A DNA stretch of 64,000 bases from a virus. The translations under genes were made by a program, and so were the position numbers. The notes under the pieces were generated by a model. That model saw nothing but the letters and a program-made list of their open reading frames with translations, was not told the origin of the DNA and made no database searches. The DNA is taken from IMG/VR virus record IMGVR_UViG_3300035666_000002. One strand, given 5' to 3'. Of the stretch, positions 36,590-46,764 are shown piece after piece. Position 1 is the stretch's first letter, and each line of letters starts with the position of its first letter.

Positions 36590-38770
36590 TTACCTTTTTT
36601 CTATTTTTTTAATTAAGTCTGATATAATTAATTGTTGTTCTTTTATAGCTTGAGTGATTACCGGAATTAGTTTCTCATATTGAACAGCAAGGAAATTTTC
36701 ACCAGTTTTACTTTTTCCATTTTCATCAAGATCAAAAGGTGCTTGTGATATAATTTCGGGAACAGAAGGTTGTATTTGTTGTGCTATGAGCCCAACTTTT
36801 CTCGAATAATCTTTATATCCATATTTCTCAGCCAATCTATTTTGGGTGTAGTAAATTCCTGTCATGTTTAATATTTTTTCTAAACAATTTTCAATGACAG
36901 CAATTTTTGTTTTCAATCTTGCATCCGAATATCCTGAAATAATATCACTTGTTGCTCTAATTGTTCCAGTCGGACCGGCAGCAGTATTTATACCTAAAGC
37001 ACTCACATTAGGTGTTGATGTGGTACCTTGAGCACCTTGAGGTCCTTGTGGACCTTGAGCACCTTGAGCACCTTGAACTCCAGTAAATCCAGTTGGACCT
37101 GCACCACCTTGTGGACCTTGCGGACCTTGCACACCTTGAAATCCAAAAGGTCCCCCAGGTCCTTGCGGTCCTTGTGGACCTTGAACTCCAACTGGACCCT
37201 GCGGACCTTGAGGACCTTGTGCTCCTTGCGGTCCTTGAACACCGACCGGACCTTGTGAACCAGGAGGTCCTTGCGGTCCTTGTGGACCTTGAACACCAAC
37301 TGGACCTTGAGGTCCTTGTGGACCTTGTGCTCCTTGAGGTCCTTGAACACCGACCGGACCTTGACCACCAACTGGACCTTGTGCTCCTTGAGGTCCTTGA
37401 ACACCGACCGGACCTTGAGGACCTTGCGGTCCTTGAGGACCTTGAGGTCCTTGAACACCAACTGGACCTTGTGCGCCTGGAGGTCCTTGAGGTCCTTGCG
37501 GTCCTTGAACTCCAACCGGACCTTGTACACCTACCGGTCCTTGAGGACCTTGAGGACCCTGTACGCCGACTGGTCCTTGAGGACCCTGAGGTCCTTGTGG
37601 ACCTTGAGGTCCTTGTACACCAACTGGACCTTGACCACCTATTGGTCCTTGAAAACCTGATGGTCCTTGGACACCAACAGGACCTTGAGGTCCTTGAGGT
37701 CCTTGCGGACCTTGAGGTCCTTGCACACCGACCGGACCTTGACCTCCTATTGGTCCCTGAAAACCTGATGGACCTTGAACACCAACAGGTCCTTGAGGAC
37801 CTTGCGGTCCTTGTGGTCCTTGCGGTCCTTGTACACCAACCGGACCTTGAACACCAACTGGTCCTTGAGGACCTTGAGGTCCTTGTACACCGACCGGTCC
37901 TTGAGGACCTTGAGGTCCTTGCGGACCTTGAGGTCCTTGCACACCGACTGGACCTTGTGTGCCAGGAGGTCCTTGCGGTCCTTGTGGTCCTTGCACACCG
38001 ACCGGTCCTTGTCCACCAATTGGACCCTGAGGTCCTTGCGGACCTTGTACACCAACCGGACCTTGTGCTCCAACAGGTCCTTGAGCACCTTGTGGACCTT
38101 GTACGCCAACTGGACCTTGTACACCGACCGGTCCTTGAGCGCCTTGTGGACCTTGAACACCAACAGGACCTTGAGGTCCTTGAGGTCCTTGCGGTCCTTG
38201 CGGTCCTTGTACGCCAACTGGACCTTGTACACCGACCGGTCCTTGAGCGCCTTGAGGTCCTTGAACACCAACAGGACCTTGTGCACCAGGAGGTCCTTGC
38301 GGACCTTGCGGACCTTGTACACCTACTGGACCTTGTCCACCAATTGGTCCCTGTGGACCTTGAGGACCTTGTACACCTACTGGACCTTGTCCACCAATTG
38401 GACCCTGTGGACCTTGAGCACCAGGAGGTCCTTGAAAACCAGGTGATCCTTGCGGACCTTGGGGTCCTTGTGGACCTTGTACACCAACTGGACCTTGTAC
38501 ACCAACTGGACCTTGAGGACCTTGAGCACCAGGAGGTCCTTGAAAACCAGGTGATCCTTGCGGACCTTGAGGACCTTGAGGACCTTGAACGCCAGAAAAT
38601 CCTTGTGGTCCTTGCGAACCTACAAACCCTTGAGGACCTTGACTGCCAGGATAGTTAGATTTATTTCCTTGCCAAATACCCGATGAAGATATAATTATCT
38701 TTCCATTAGATAAAGATGTATTGCTTACTGCTAATCCATTTTTTACTACAAAATCCTTATTAGTTGCCAT
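36590..38770 (-). CDS. Collagen-like fibre B with S74-like chaperone
   Basis: DFVVKNGL N-term; about 180 apparently uninterrupted Gly-X-Y triplets (GPQ/GVQ/GPV); GYSDARLK...[14 protein letters not shown]. Confidence 0.9.
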   Translation of the reverse strand: MATNKDFVVKNGLAVSNTSLSNGKIIISSSGIWQGNKSNYPGSQGPQGFVGSQGPQGFSGVQGPQGPQGPQGSPGFQGPPGAQGPQGPVGVQGPVGVQGPQGPQGPQGSPGFQGPPGAQGPQGPIGGQGPVGVQGPQGPQGPIGGQGPVGVQGPQGPQGPPGAQGPVGVQGPQGAQGPVGVQGPVGVQGPQGPQGPQGPQGPVGVQGPQGAQGPVGVQGPVGVQGPQGAQGPVGAQGPVGVQGPQGPQGPIGGQGPVGVQGPQGPQGPPGTQGPVGVQGPQGPQGPQGPQGPVGVQGPQGPQGPVGVQGPVGVQGPQGPQGPQGPQGPVGVQGPSGFQGPIGGQGPVGVQGPQGPQGPQGPQGPVGVQGPSGFQGPIGGQGPVGVQGPQGPQGPQGPQGPVGVQGPQGPQGPVGVQGPVGVQGPQGPQGPPGAQGPVGVQGPQGPQGPQGPQGPVGVQGPQGAQGPVGGQGPVGVQGPQGAQGPQGPQGPVGVQGPQGPQGPPGSQGPVGVQGPQGAQGPQGPQGPVGVQGPQGPQGPGGPFGFQGVQGPQGPQGGAGPTGFTGVQGAQGAQGPQGPQGAQGTTSTPNVSALGINTAAGPTGTIRATSDIISGYSDARLKTKIAVIENCLEKILNMTGIYYTQNRLAEKYGYKDYSRKVGLIAQQIQPSVPEIISQAPFDLDENGKSKTGENFLAVQYEKLIPVITQAIKEQQLIISDLIKKIEKR
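37020..38647 (-). repeat. Collagen repeat, 54 nt (18 aa) unit
   Basis: [12 protein letters not shown]-GPx-GxQ units; boundaries approximate. Confidence 0.85.
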
Positions 38771-40979
38771 TCAATTTTTCTCTGAGAATTTCTATTTCTT
38801 TTTGTTGTATTTTTATTGTTTCAACAATTAGAGGTATAAGGAATTGATATTGAACCGTTAAATAATTTTGGCCGCTTTTACTGTTACCATATTCATCTAT
38901 ATCAAAAGGAGCTAAAGAAATAATTTCAGGTAATATCTTTTGAACTTCTTGTGCTATAACACCAATCTCTGTTTTATAAGTGTGATAACCAAACTTCTCT
39001 GACAATTCATTTTGTTTATAAAAAATAGCACTTAATGAATACAATTTTTTATCCGCTTCTTTTATGTATTCTATATTATCTTTAAGTCTTACATCAGAAA
39101 ATCCAGCAACAATATCGCTTGTTGCCCTTAATGTGCCTGTAGGACCAGCAGCAGTATTTACACCTAATGCCGTTGCTTGTGTGCCTAATGCTCCTACTAT
39201 ACCTTGAGCACCAGGAACTCCTGTAGGTCCTGTTGGACCTGGAGCACCTTGACGACCTTGTGCACCAGGAACACCTGATGAGCCTGTTGCACCTTGAGCA
39301 CCTTGAGCACCTTGTGCACCTGGAACTCCTGTTGGACCTGTTGGACCCGGAACTCCTTGAAATCCTGGAGCACCTGTTACTCCGGTTGGTCCTGTTGGAC
39401 CTGGAACGCCTTGTGCTCCTGAAACACCTGGAACACCCGTTGGTCCGGCAAAACCTGGAACACCTTGGAATCCTGGTGCACCTGGCACACCTGTAGGTCC
39501 TGTTGGACCTGGAACACCTTGAAATCCAGAAACGCCAGGAACTCCTGTTGGTCCTGTTGGACCTGGAACTCCTTGGGCGCCCGAAACTCCTGGTACACCT
39601 GTAGGCCCAGCAACACCTGGAACTCCTTGAAATCCTGGAGCACCTGGAACACCTGTAGGTCCAGTAACACCCGGAACTCCTTGAGCACCTGAAACACCTG
39701 GAACCCCGGTTGGTCCTGTCGGACCTGCTACACCTTGTGCTCCTGCAACACCCGGAACTCCTGTTGGTCCTGTAACACCCGGAACTCCTTGAGCACCCGA
39801 AATACCCGGAACTCCTGTCGGTCCAGTAACACCAGGAACACCTTGAAATCCTGAAGGTCCTGTAGAACCCGTTGCACCTTGCGGTCCGGGAACTCCTTGG
39901 GCACCTGAAACTCCTGGAACTCCTGTCGGTCCAGTAACACCAGGAACACCTTGAAATCCTGAAGGTCCTGTAGAACCCGTTGCACCTTGCGGTCCGGGAA
40001 CTCCTTGAAATCCTGAAGCACCAGGAATTCCTGTAGGACCCGTTGGACCTGGAACGCCTTGTGCTCCTGAAACACCTGGAACACCCGTTGGTCCAGCAAC
40101 ACCAGGAACACCTTGAAACCCTGGAGCTCCTGGAACTCCTGTGGGTCCCGTTGGACCTGGAACGCCTTGTGCTCCTGAAACACCTGGAACACCCGTTGGT
40201 CCGGCAACACCAGGAACACCTTGAAATCCAGAGACGCCTGGAACTCCTGTAGGTCCTGTTGGACCTGGAACACCTTGAAATCCAGAGACACCAGGTACGC
40301 CTGTGGCTCCTGTTGGACCTGGAACTCCTTGAGCACCAGATACGCCAGATACACCCGTAGGACCTTGAGGTCCTGGAACTCCTTGTGCCCCAGAAACGCC
40401 AGGCACGCCTGTAGGTCCTGTTTGTCCTGCAACACCTTGGAATCCTGGAGCACCTGAAACTCCTGTGGCACCTTGAGGTCCTGGAACACCTTGAGCGCCA
40501 GAAACGCCAGGCACACCTGTAGGTCCTGTTGGACCTGGAACACCTTGAAATCCAGAGACACCAGGTACGCCTGTGGGTCCTGTTGGACCTGGAACTCCTT
40601 GAAATCCAGAGACACCAGGTACTCCTGTGGGTCCTGTAATTCCCGTACCACCTTGTGGTCCTTGTGCACCTGCTACACTGCTTGCTGCTCCTTGAGGACC
40701 GAGAACGCCTTGAAATCCAGAAACACCAGTAGCTCCAGTTGCTCCAATTAAACCAGTAGCGCCTTGTGGTCCTTGTGCTCCCGCCACACTGCTAGCCGCA
40801 CCTTGTGCACCTTGAGTGCCTTGTGGACCTCTATCACCACCTTGACCGGTTGCTCCTTGAAATCCTGAAAATCCCGTTATATTTGTTCCGGGACCTATCC
40901 AGTTTCCTGATGAATCGATTACATCTGTAGTGCCTACAGACAAACCATTTTTTACTATGAAATTAGAATTAGTAGCCAA
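38760..40979 (-). CDS. Collagen-like fibre C with S74-like chaperone
   Basis: TTG start; NFIVKNGL N-term; Gly-X-Y rich in GVP/GPT/GVS; GFSDVRLK...[13 protein letters not shown]. Confidence 0.9.
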   Translation of the reverse strand: MATNSNFIVKNGLSVGTTDVIDSSGNWIGPGTNITGFSGFQGATGQGGDRGPQGTQGAQGAASSVAGAQGPQGATGLIGATGATGVSGFQGVLGPQGAASSVAGAQGPQGGTGITGPTGVPGVSGFQGVPGPTGPTGVPGVSGFQGVPGPTGPTGVPGVSGAQGVPGPQGATGVSGAPGFQGVAGQTGPTGVPGVSGAQGVPGPQGPTGVSGVSGAQGVPGPTGATGVPGVSGFQGVPGPTGPTGVPGVSGFQGVPGVAGPTGVPGVSGAQGVPGPTGPTGVPGAPGFQGVPGVAGPTGVPGVSGAQGVPGPTGPTGIPGASGFQGVPGPQGATGSTGPSGFQGVPGVTGPTGVPGVSGAQGVPGPQGATGSTGPSGFQGVPGVTGPTGVPGISGAQGVPGVTGPTGVPGVAGAQGVAGPTGPTGVPGVSGAQGVPGVTGPTGVPGAPGFQGVPGVAGPTGVPGVSGAQGVPGPTGPTGVPGVSGFQGVPGPTGPTGVPGAPGFQGVPGFAGPTGVPGVSGAQGVPGPTGPTGVTGAPGFQGVPGPTGPTGVPGAQGAQGAQGATGSSGVPGAQGRQGAPGPTGPTGVPGAQGIVGALGTQATALGVNTAAGPTGTLRATSDIVAGFSDVRLKDNIEYIKEADKKLYSLSAIFYKQNELSEKFGYHTYKTEIGVIAQEVQKILPEIISLAPFDIDEYGNSKSGQNYLTVQYQFLIPLIVETIKIQQKEIEILREKLNGN
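39190..40880 (-). repeat. Collagen repeat, 54 nt (18 aa) unit
   Basis: [18 protein letters not shown] units; boundaries approximate. Confidence 0.85.
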
Positions 40980-41009
40980 GGTTCATTATCCCCTTTTTTA
41001 TTTTTTTAA

Positions 41010-43610
41010 TTATACAGGAATTAATGTTCTCATGGCTTTATATGTCGTAGAAGCATTAGTTGGTGTTGATAACAATCTAACTTGGCCTCCAGTTATATTG
41101 GCATCAAATGTTGCTAAAGATGCTCCAGTTCTTATCTCACCATATTGCACTAAAAATACTGTGCTACCATCATGGACTAAACTTATCTCTATGACTTGAT
41201 ATGCAGAACCACTTGTTATCTGAACAAAGTATTTTGCTGATCTATAAACAGAAGAACTAAAGAAATCTAATATAAACTCTGTTGTACTAGACGTTGTTTG
41301 TGTAGTTGATGATAATGTAGAATTGGTGTTAAGTGTAATTGAAGTATTTGATATGAGAGAAGAACCAGTTAATGTTGAACTAGTTGTTAAAGCTCCAGTC
41401 ATAACATCGCCAGATTTATTGACTTTGGCGATATTAATTGCTCCAGTGTTGGCTAAAATTTCTAATCTAGCCGCACCCGTATTTGCTTGTGCAGCAGCGG
41501 TATCAGCAATTCTGGCGGCACCAACGTTCGCCTGATATGCATTGGTAATCGATGTTGTGGTTGATATTAAACCAGCACCAACATTAGCTTGAGAGATAGT
41601 CTGGTATGAAATTAAACCAGCACCAACATTAGCTTGTGAAGAGGCGGTATCAGCAATTCTAGCGGCACCGATATTTGCTTCGTATGCATTTGTAACAGAA
41701 ATTAAGCCTGCACCAACATTAGATTGACTACTTGATTGTATTGTATTTGCATAGTCAAGTGGATCTAATCCACGCAAACTTATTACATTTGTAACAAGAT
41801 TAGCACTTAGAGTTGCAACTCTAGTGTTTGCAACATCAATTATGTTTGTTGGTTCATTGTTTGTTAATAAATTGTCAAATAGGTAATATTTACCGTCTGA
41901 GTGTTTACGAACTAAACCGGTATGATTGTTTGGTGTGTTTGCATAGTGTCCAACAAAACCAATATCCAAAGCATCAGTTGAATTTTCAAACCCCAACTGA
42001 ATTATAGTATCAGTAACTTTAAGTGAGGTAACATTAATAGTGGTAGTGTTTCCAGCAATGGTTAAATTTCCCGTTACTGCCAAATCGCCCGAAATTGTAC
42101 CACCTGTTTTGTCCAGTTTATTTAATAAACCAGCGCCAACGTTTGCTTGATAAGCGTTTGTTACTGATATTAGACCAAGACCAACATTAGCTTCAGTCGT
42201 AGCTCTATCTGCAATTCTAGCCGCACCAACGTTTGCTTGATAAGCATTTGTTACCGATATTAGACCAAAACCAACATTTGCTTGACTTGCAGCCGTGTCG
42301 GTGATTCTAGCTGCTCCAATGTTTGCTTGGAGCCAAGTATTTGCAGTATTTGAAGATTCGAAAGCTAAATTTGCTTGATCAAAGGCTGAGTTTGCTCTGT
42401 TTGAAATGGCAATAAAGCTTGGAGTTGTGGAGTCGGACAATACTAGATCGGATGCACCAGAAATAGAAAGTGTTCCTGATGAATTGCTGATAACTGTTCC
42501 ACCCAAGTCGATAGAACCTGGTCCCACAAACAATGAATGCCAGCGTTTTGAAGGAGATCCTAAATTCCAAGTAACATCAGTATTGGGTGTAATGTTTCCT
42601 GAGACTTCAACATTTCCTAAAATTAACCCGCCAGTTTTGGCAAAGAATGTGCTATCAGCATAATTCTTTAAATTGGTATTTGCTGTTATTATCCCTATAC
42701 CAACGTTCGCTTCAGTCGTTGCTCTGTCTGCAATTCTAGCTGCACCAACATTTGCCTCATAAGCATTCGTGACTGATATTAATCCAGCACCGACGTTAGC
42801 TTGTGAAGCAGCAGCATCAGCGATTCTGGCGGCACCAATGTTTGCATATATGCTATTAACATTAGATACTAAATCTATACGAAGTTCACCAGTATTAGCA
42901 TAAACACCATTTGAAAGTAAATCAATTTTATCCAGCAAGAATATTTTTGCACCACCAACATTAGCCTGTAGCCAGGTATTTGCCGTATTCGATGAATCAT
43001 ACGCTTGTTGAGCTAAAATGTTTGCAGAATTAGCTTTATTGAAGGCTAAATTCGCTTGGTCGAATGCTGAGTTAGCAAGATTTCTAGCCGTAGTGTCTGG
43101 TGCGGATCCAGGATTTAAAAGGTTTGTTCCTGCACCACCAACGCATTCCGTTAAATCTATATAAGCTCCTCGGGCGCCACCGCCTTGCTCAAAGAATCTT
43201 ATTTTATTTTGATACGAATCAATAGTTATACCAACACCATCAAGTGTGGTATTGGTTACAGCCTTAGCTAATAATATTTCACCACCCTCATCACCGCCAG
43301 AATTGTTTGATATCAGCTTATTTGCTGTGACATCTACACTGGCTAATATTTTGTCTGTGCTAAGAGTTTTTGTGCTGGTGTCATATTTGAGATTTGCTGA
43401 AGCTCCAAATACACCAGAGTTATTGAATTGTATTTCACCGTTTAAACCGCTTGGTTCTGTTACGACATCAAATTGTGTGGCTATAGATGAAGAATTGCCA
43501 TAATACAATTTTCCATCATAATAGTTGATAGCAAGTTCACCAGGATATAATGTTGCTGGAACATTTCCTGCTTGACCTGAATTTTTTAATAAAATTATTG
43601 TATTAGCCAT
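41010..43610 (-). CDS. Fibre protein with Mtd-N/hyaluronidase-like N-terminus and ANVGAARI repeats
   Basis: P..LYPGELAINYYDGKLYYG N-term; QANVGAARI/QANVGAGLIS repeats; KTGGTISG; C-terminal YRSAKYFVQ..E...HDG...YG domain common in T4-like virion proteins. Confidence 0.8.
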   Translation of the reverse strand: MANTIILLKNSGQAGNVPATLYPGELAINYYDGKLYYGNSSSIATQFDVVTEPSGLNGEIQFNNSGVFGASANLKYDTSTKTLSTDKILASVDVTANKLISNNSGGDEGGEILLAKAVTNTTLDGVGITIDSYQNKIRFFEQGGGARGAYIDLTECVGGAGTNLLNPGSAPDTTARNLANSAFDQANLAFNKANSANILAQQAYDSSNTANTWLQANVGGAKIFLLDKIDLLSNGVYANTGELRIDLVSNVNSIYANIGAARIADAAASQANVGAGLISVTNAYEANVGAARIADRATTEANVGIGIITANTNLKNYADSTFFAKTGGLILGNVEVSGNITPNTDVTWNLGSPSKRWHSLFVGPGSIDLGGTVISNSSGTLSISGASDLVLSDSTTPSFIAISNRANSAFDQANLAFESSNTANTWLQANIGAARITDTAASQANVGFGLISVTNAYQANVGAARIADRATTEANVGLGLISVTNAYQANVGAGLLNKLDKTGGTISGDLAVTGNLTIAGNTTTINVTSLKVTDTIIQLGFENSTDALDIGFVGHYANTPNNHTGLVRKHSDGKYYLFDNLLTNNEPTNIIDVANTRVATLSANLVTNVISLRGLDPLDYANTIQSSSQSNVGAGLISVTNAYEANIGAARIADTASSQANVGAGLISYQTISQANVGAGLISTTTSITNAYQANVGAARIADTAAAQANTGAARLEILANTGAINIAKVNKSGDVMTGALTTSSTLTGSSLISNTSITLNTNSTLSSTTQTTSSTTEFILDFFSSSVYRSAKYFVQITSGSAYQVIEISLVHDGSTVFLVQYGEIRTGASLATFDANITGGQVRLLSTPTNASTTYKAMRTLIPV

Positions 43611-43619
43611 TGCCCGATG

Positions 43620-44207
43620 TTAAAATGTGCCTCCAGACTTCACCAAATCATTTTCTTCTTGTGCATTATCTATTGGTTCTGGTTGAACATTTTCACCAAG
43701 TCTAACTTTTTTCAGTTTCGCGGCTGGAACTACGTTTTCTAATTTGAGTATGTATCTATTTAATTCTTCGATTTTATTTACGTTTTGTATCAGAATTTCT
43801 TGAGATTCAATTTTCACTTTTAAAATTTCTTTTCTTGTTTCTTCTAATTGTCTCATGTAGTCGTTTACGGCATTTTGCAATCTATTCTTTTCAGCAACAA
43901 TACTATTCATGACATTTGCTTGTGTATCCTTAGTGTTTAACGAAGATTTCAAGTTATCTTTTTCACTTATCAATGAATTTATTTGTTTATCTTTTTCGCT
44001 TAAATTAAAATCTCTTTGTTGCAAGCCATGTTGTAACTCTTCATTTCTTCTAGACAAATCATTAACTTGCCTTCTAAAATCTTCGAGAACTTCAAATTCA
44101 TTTTTATTAACTTCTAATTGAGCTTGAAACATAACGTTTTGCTTGATAACAGAAACAAAATTATCAAGCAAAACGTTAACATAAGCATTTTGTAACTTCA
44201 CATCCAT
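43620..44207 (-). CDS. Coiled-coil protein, possible fibre assembly factor
   Basis: Heptad-rich; GGAG RBS; ends SGGTF. Confidence 0.7.
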   Translation of the reverse strand: MDVKLQNAYVNVLLDNFVSVIKQNVMFQAQLEVNKNEFEVLEDFRRQVNDLSRRNEELQHGLQQRDFNLSEKDKQINSLISEKDNLKSSLNTKDTQANVMNSIVAEKNRLQNAVNDYMRQLEETRKEILKVKIESQEILIQNVNKIEELNRYILKLENVVPAAKLKKVRLGENVQPEPIDNAQEENDLVKSGGTF

Positions 44208-44229
44208 GATAAACTCCGTTCAAAATAAT

Positions 44230-46137
44230 TTAGAATGTTCCACCACTTATTGTATATGTATATCGTATTTCTTTTGTAGATGCATTGTATATCATAAAGC
44301 CGTCATATGTTGCATCTTGTGTTGCAGTGAAACGAATTGGATTAACATAGAACCCAGACTGCGAAGCACTTAGATTATTTCCTGAAGCATTCAATACAAT
44401 ACTGTTTGCTGCACCAGATTCAAATCCTGCTTTATTACCAATTGCAATTGCATTAACACCTATTGAAGTTGTGTTTCCTTTACCTGCTTGATTACCAATT
44501 ACAACTGAGTAATTACCTTGTGATCCTCCAGTATCATAACCCATCGCAATCGCATACTGTCCCTGATTACTACCAGAAGATCCACCGATTGCAATACCAT
44601 TATATCCTTGAGCACTTATACCTGCATTCAAACCAATCGCGATTGCCACTTGACCTTGGTTCTGATTACCAGCACCATAACCTATCGCAATACCGTAAGC
44701 ACCTTGAGTATTGTAACCGGCAGATTCGCCGATTGCAACCGCTTGTGCTCCTTGAGCTATCGTACCTGCGAATTCACCAAATGCAACAGCACTGTCTGCT
44801 GTATCTTTTATAATTGCACCATTTGCAAGAAGAATACTTGTTGCGTTTGTGGTGATTTGACCACTGCTCTCTAAAGTGAAATTATAGTTACCATTTACAA
44901 GAGCAGTGATCGAAGTATTTGTAACTCCAGATACTCTGCCGTAATTATCTACTGTTATGACTGGAACATGAGTCGTGTTTCCATATGTTCCGGCTGAACT
45001 TGTATTTGAGAGTACACCTAGAGCACCGCTACCATTACCAACTAAAATTGAACCTGTTGTAAACGATGATTGTCCAGTACCACCATTTCCAACAGACAAA
45101 TCATTCGTCAGTGTTAATGTACCAATCGTTGCTTCTGTAAAACTACCAACATTAGAAGAAACTAATTTACCGATTAAGTTCGCACGAACATTAGCATAAA
45201 CTAAAGATGGATTCGCTAAATTGAGTGTATTAGTAACAAATTCTTCATTATAACCAGTAAAAATGTAAGCATCATTTGTTGCTGCTTTACGAATAATACC
45301 AAAATGATTATTTGAGCCTGACTCATTATAATGACCAACGAAGCCTATATCAACAATGTCCGATGTGGTATTATTTGCCGCAAGGAAAATAACAGGGTCA
45401 GTAATATTCAATGATTGTACACCGATTGATGTTACATTGCCGGAAATAGTTAAGTTGCCTGTGAGACTTAGATCACCAGAAATTGTTTGGTTACCAGTCG
45501 TTCTAATAACCGTATTATCAACATCAATTTTAATTGTATCTGTAGGATCAATAGAGGTTGTGATTCCGTCACCGCCAGCAACAGTTAATGTTTCCGTTAG
45601 CAACGAAATTGTATTGATGCCTGTATCAGCAGCAATACTTAAATTTGTAGAAATACTGACATTTGCAGCATAACTAATACGTCCTTTTGTATCTACAGTA
45701 AAGACTGGAACATTAGCTGTTCCACCGTATGTTCCAGATGAAACTCCAGTTGTTTTCAGATTACCTTGGAGAACAACATCTGATGTTCCATTGAAACTGA
45801 CAGCAGCAGAATCTACATCAGAACCATCAATACTGAAATTTCTTCCATTTAATAAAGATGTGGCAGTATCAGCATTACCTTTAAAACCATTCGCTGTAAC
45901 AAAATTGAAAGAAACATTCCCCGCAAGGTCTCTTAGTGCAATGGTATTAGCAGTTGGTGAAGCAGTTGCATTATCGATTCTTGTGGTATACGATTTACCA
46001 CCGATGGCAACGACACCAGAACCATCATCAATCCAAAGTACCCCAGATACATTAGAATATGCGGGTTCTGCAACATTTAATGTTGGTGGTTGGGAAGTTA
46101 CATTTGAATATTTTAGCTGGATTACGGTGTTTGCCAT
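44230..46137 (-). CDS. Fibre protein with YadA-head-like repeats
   Basis: Start reassigned to ATG 46137 (MANTVIQLK, paralogous to the 43610 N-terminus, with a late promoter just upstream); GTYG...P..TVD..GR knots; about 16 aa AIAIG repeats; ends SGGTF. Confidence 0.8.
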   Translation of the reverse strand: MANTVIQLKYSNVTSQPPTLNVAEPAYSNVSGVLWIDDGSGVVAIGGKSYTTRIDNATASPTANTIALRDLAGNVSFNFVTANGFKGNADTATSLLNGRNFSIDGSDVDSAAVSFNGTSDVVLQGNLKTTGVSSGTYGGTANVPVFTVDTKGRISYAANVSISTNLSIAADTGINTISLLTETLTVAGGDGITTSIDPTDTIKIDVDNTVIRTTGNQTISGDLSLTGNLTISGNVTSIGVQSLNITDPVIFLAANNTTSDIVDIGFVGHYNESGSNNHFGIIRKAATNDAYIFTGYNEEFVTNTLNLANPSLVYANVRANLIGKLVSSNVGSFTEATIGTLTLTNDLSVGNGGTGQSSFTTGSILVGNGSGALGVLSNTSSAGTYGNTTHVPVITVDNYGRVSGVTNTSITALVNGNYNFTLESSGQITTNATSILLANGAIIKDTADSAVAFGEFAGTIAQGAQAVAIGESAGYNTQGAYGIAIGYGAGNQNQGQVAIAIGLNAGISAQGYNGIAIGGSSGSNQGQYAIAMGYDTGGSQGNYSVVIGNQAGKGNTTSIGVNAIAIGNKAGFESGAANSIVLNASGNNLSASQSGFYVNPIRFTATQDATYDGFMIYNASTKEIRYTYTISGGTF

Positions 46138-46162
46138 TTTTTGCCCTATTGAGTTATTATTG

Positions 46163-46170
46163 TATTTATC
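46163..46170 (-). promoter_or_regulatory. Late promoter variant (GATAAATA)
   Basis: NATAAATA just after the stop at 46172 and upstream of ATG 46137; the nearest candidate I found for driving the fibre/collagen/modification cassette. Confidence 0.65.
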
Positions 46171-46171
46171 C

Positions 46172-46420
46172 CTAAAACGAACCACCATTTATGGAACGAA
46201 TAGCCACTTGTGTAAGAGATTGATTGGTAAATTTTTGTTGTGTCGCATCATAAGCAACCACATCTCCGTTTTGTAGACCTGAAACTGAGGTGTCTACAAG
46301 TTCAACCAAAGCTACATTAGGTTTAGGTTTAAATTTTGGATCCGCTATTGTAGTTCTTACACTACCAGAAACAGAAACTTTTCCTATTATTCCTGGTGTT
46401 CTTATTTTAACAGTTGTCAT
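46172..46420 (-). CDS. Small virion protein
   Basis: L.DTSVSGLQNGDVVAYD....KF.N motif typical of short fibre repeats; ends NGGSF. Confidence 0.7.
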   Translation of the reverse strand: MTTVKIRTPGIIGKVSVSGSVRTTIADPKFKPKPNVALVELVDTSVSGLQNGDVVAYDATQQKFTNQSLTQVAIRSINGGSF

Positions 46421-46421
46421 T

Positions 46422-46754
46422 TTATCTCGTTACAGATGGTAGAACTGTTACGATTCCTTCAACCACTCTCGTAACAACATTTGCTGAAGAAGTGATAATA
46501 ACGTCATAAACATATCTTCCAGGAGTTAAATTAGCCGTGTTTGCAGCCGACATCGACAAGGTTATCTCACCATTAGATGTTCCTGTTACCGTAGAAACTA
46601 TGGTAGTTGATGATGTCGAATAATAAGATTTACGCATTTGGGAACCGGAGGTGTATGCATAAAGATTAATAGCATCGCCATTAGAATCTTCAACATTCAG
46701 AAGACTACTAAAAGTAGCCCCCTGCTCTATTACTAACTCGGAAAAGGCTGCCAA
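46422..46754 (-). CDS. Ig-like fibre adaptor / baseplate-associated protein
   Basis: TTG start with AAGGAG RBS; IEQGATF...QMRKSY...GEITLS.....T..L..GRYVYDV......RVVEG..TV.P.VTR. Confidence 0.75.
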   Translation of the reverse strand: MAAFSELVIEQGATFSSLLNVEDSNGDAINLYAYTSGSQMRKSYYSTSSTTIVSTVTGTSNGEITLSMSAANTANLTPGRYVYDVIITSSANVVTRVVEGIVTVLPSVTR

Positions 46755-46764
46755 GATTTACTCC

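Noticed and set aside
34870-40751. Long alternative-frame and antisense ORFs over the collagen genes (for example 37093-38658 +, 521 aa)
   Set aside because: Expected by-product of repetitive Gly/Pro/Gln codons that lack stops in other frames. The translations are low-complexity and I saw no supporting RBS or promoter.
34900-40880. Regular 54-57 nt repeats resembling a CRISPR array
   Set aside because: They are in-frame coding repeats with synonymous variation, no unique spacers and no cas genes.
46138-46188. ORF-track start at 46188 for the 652 aa fibre
   Set aside because: It overlaps the upstream gene and lies before the late promoter; ATG 46137 matches the paralogous MANT N-terminus.
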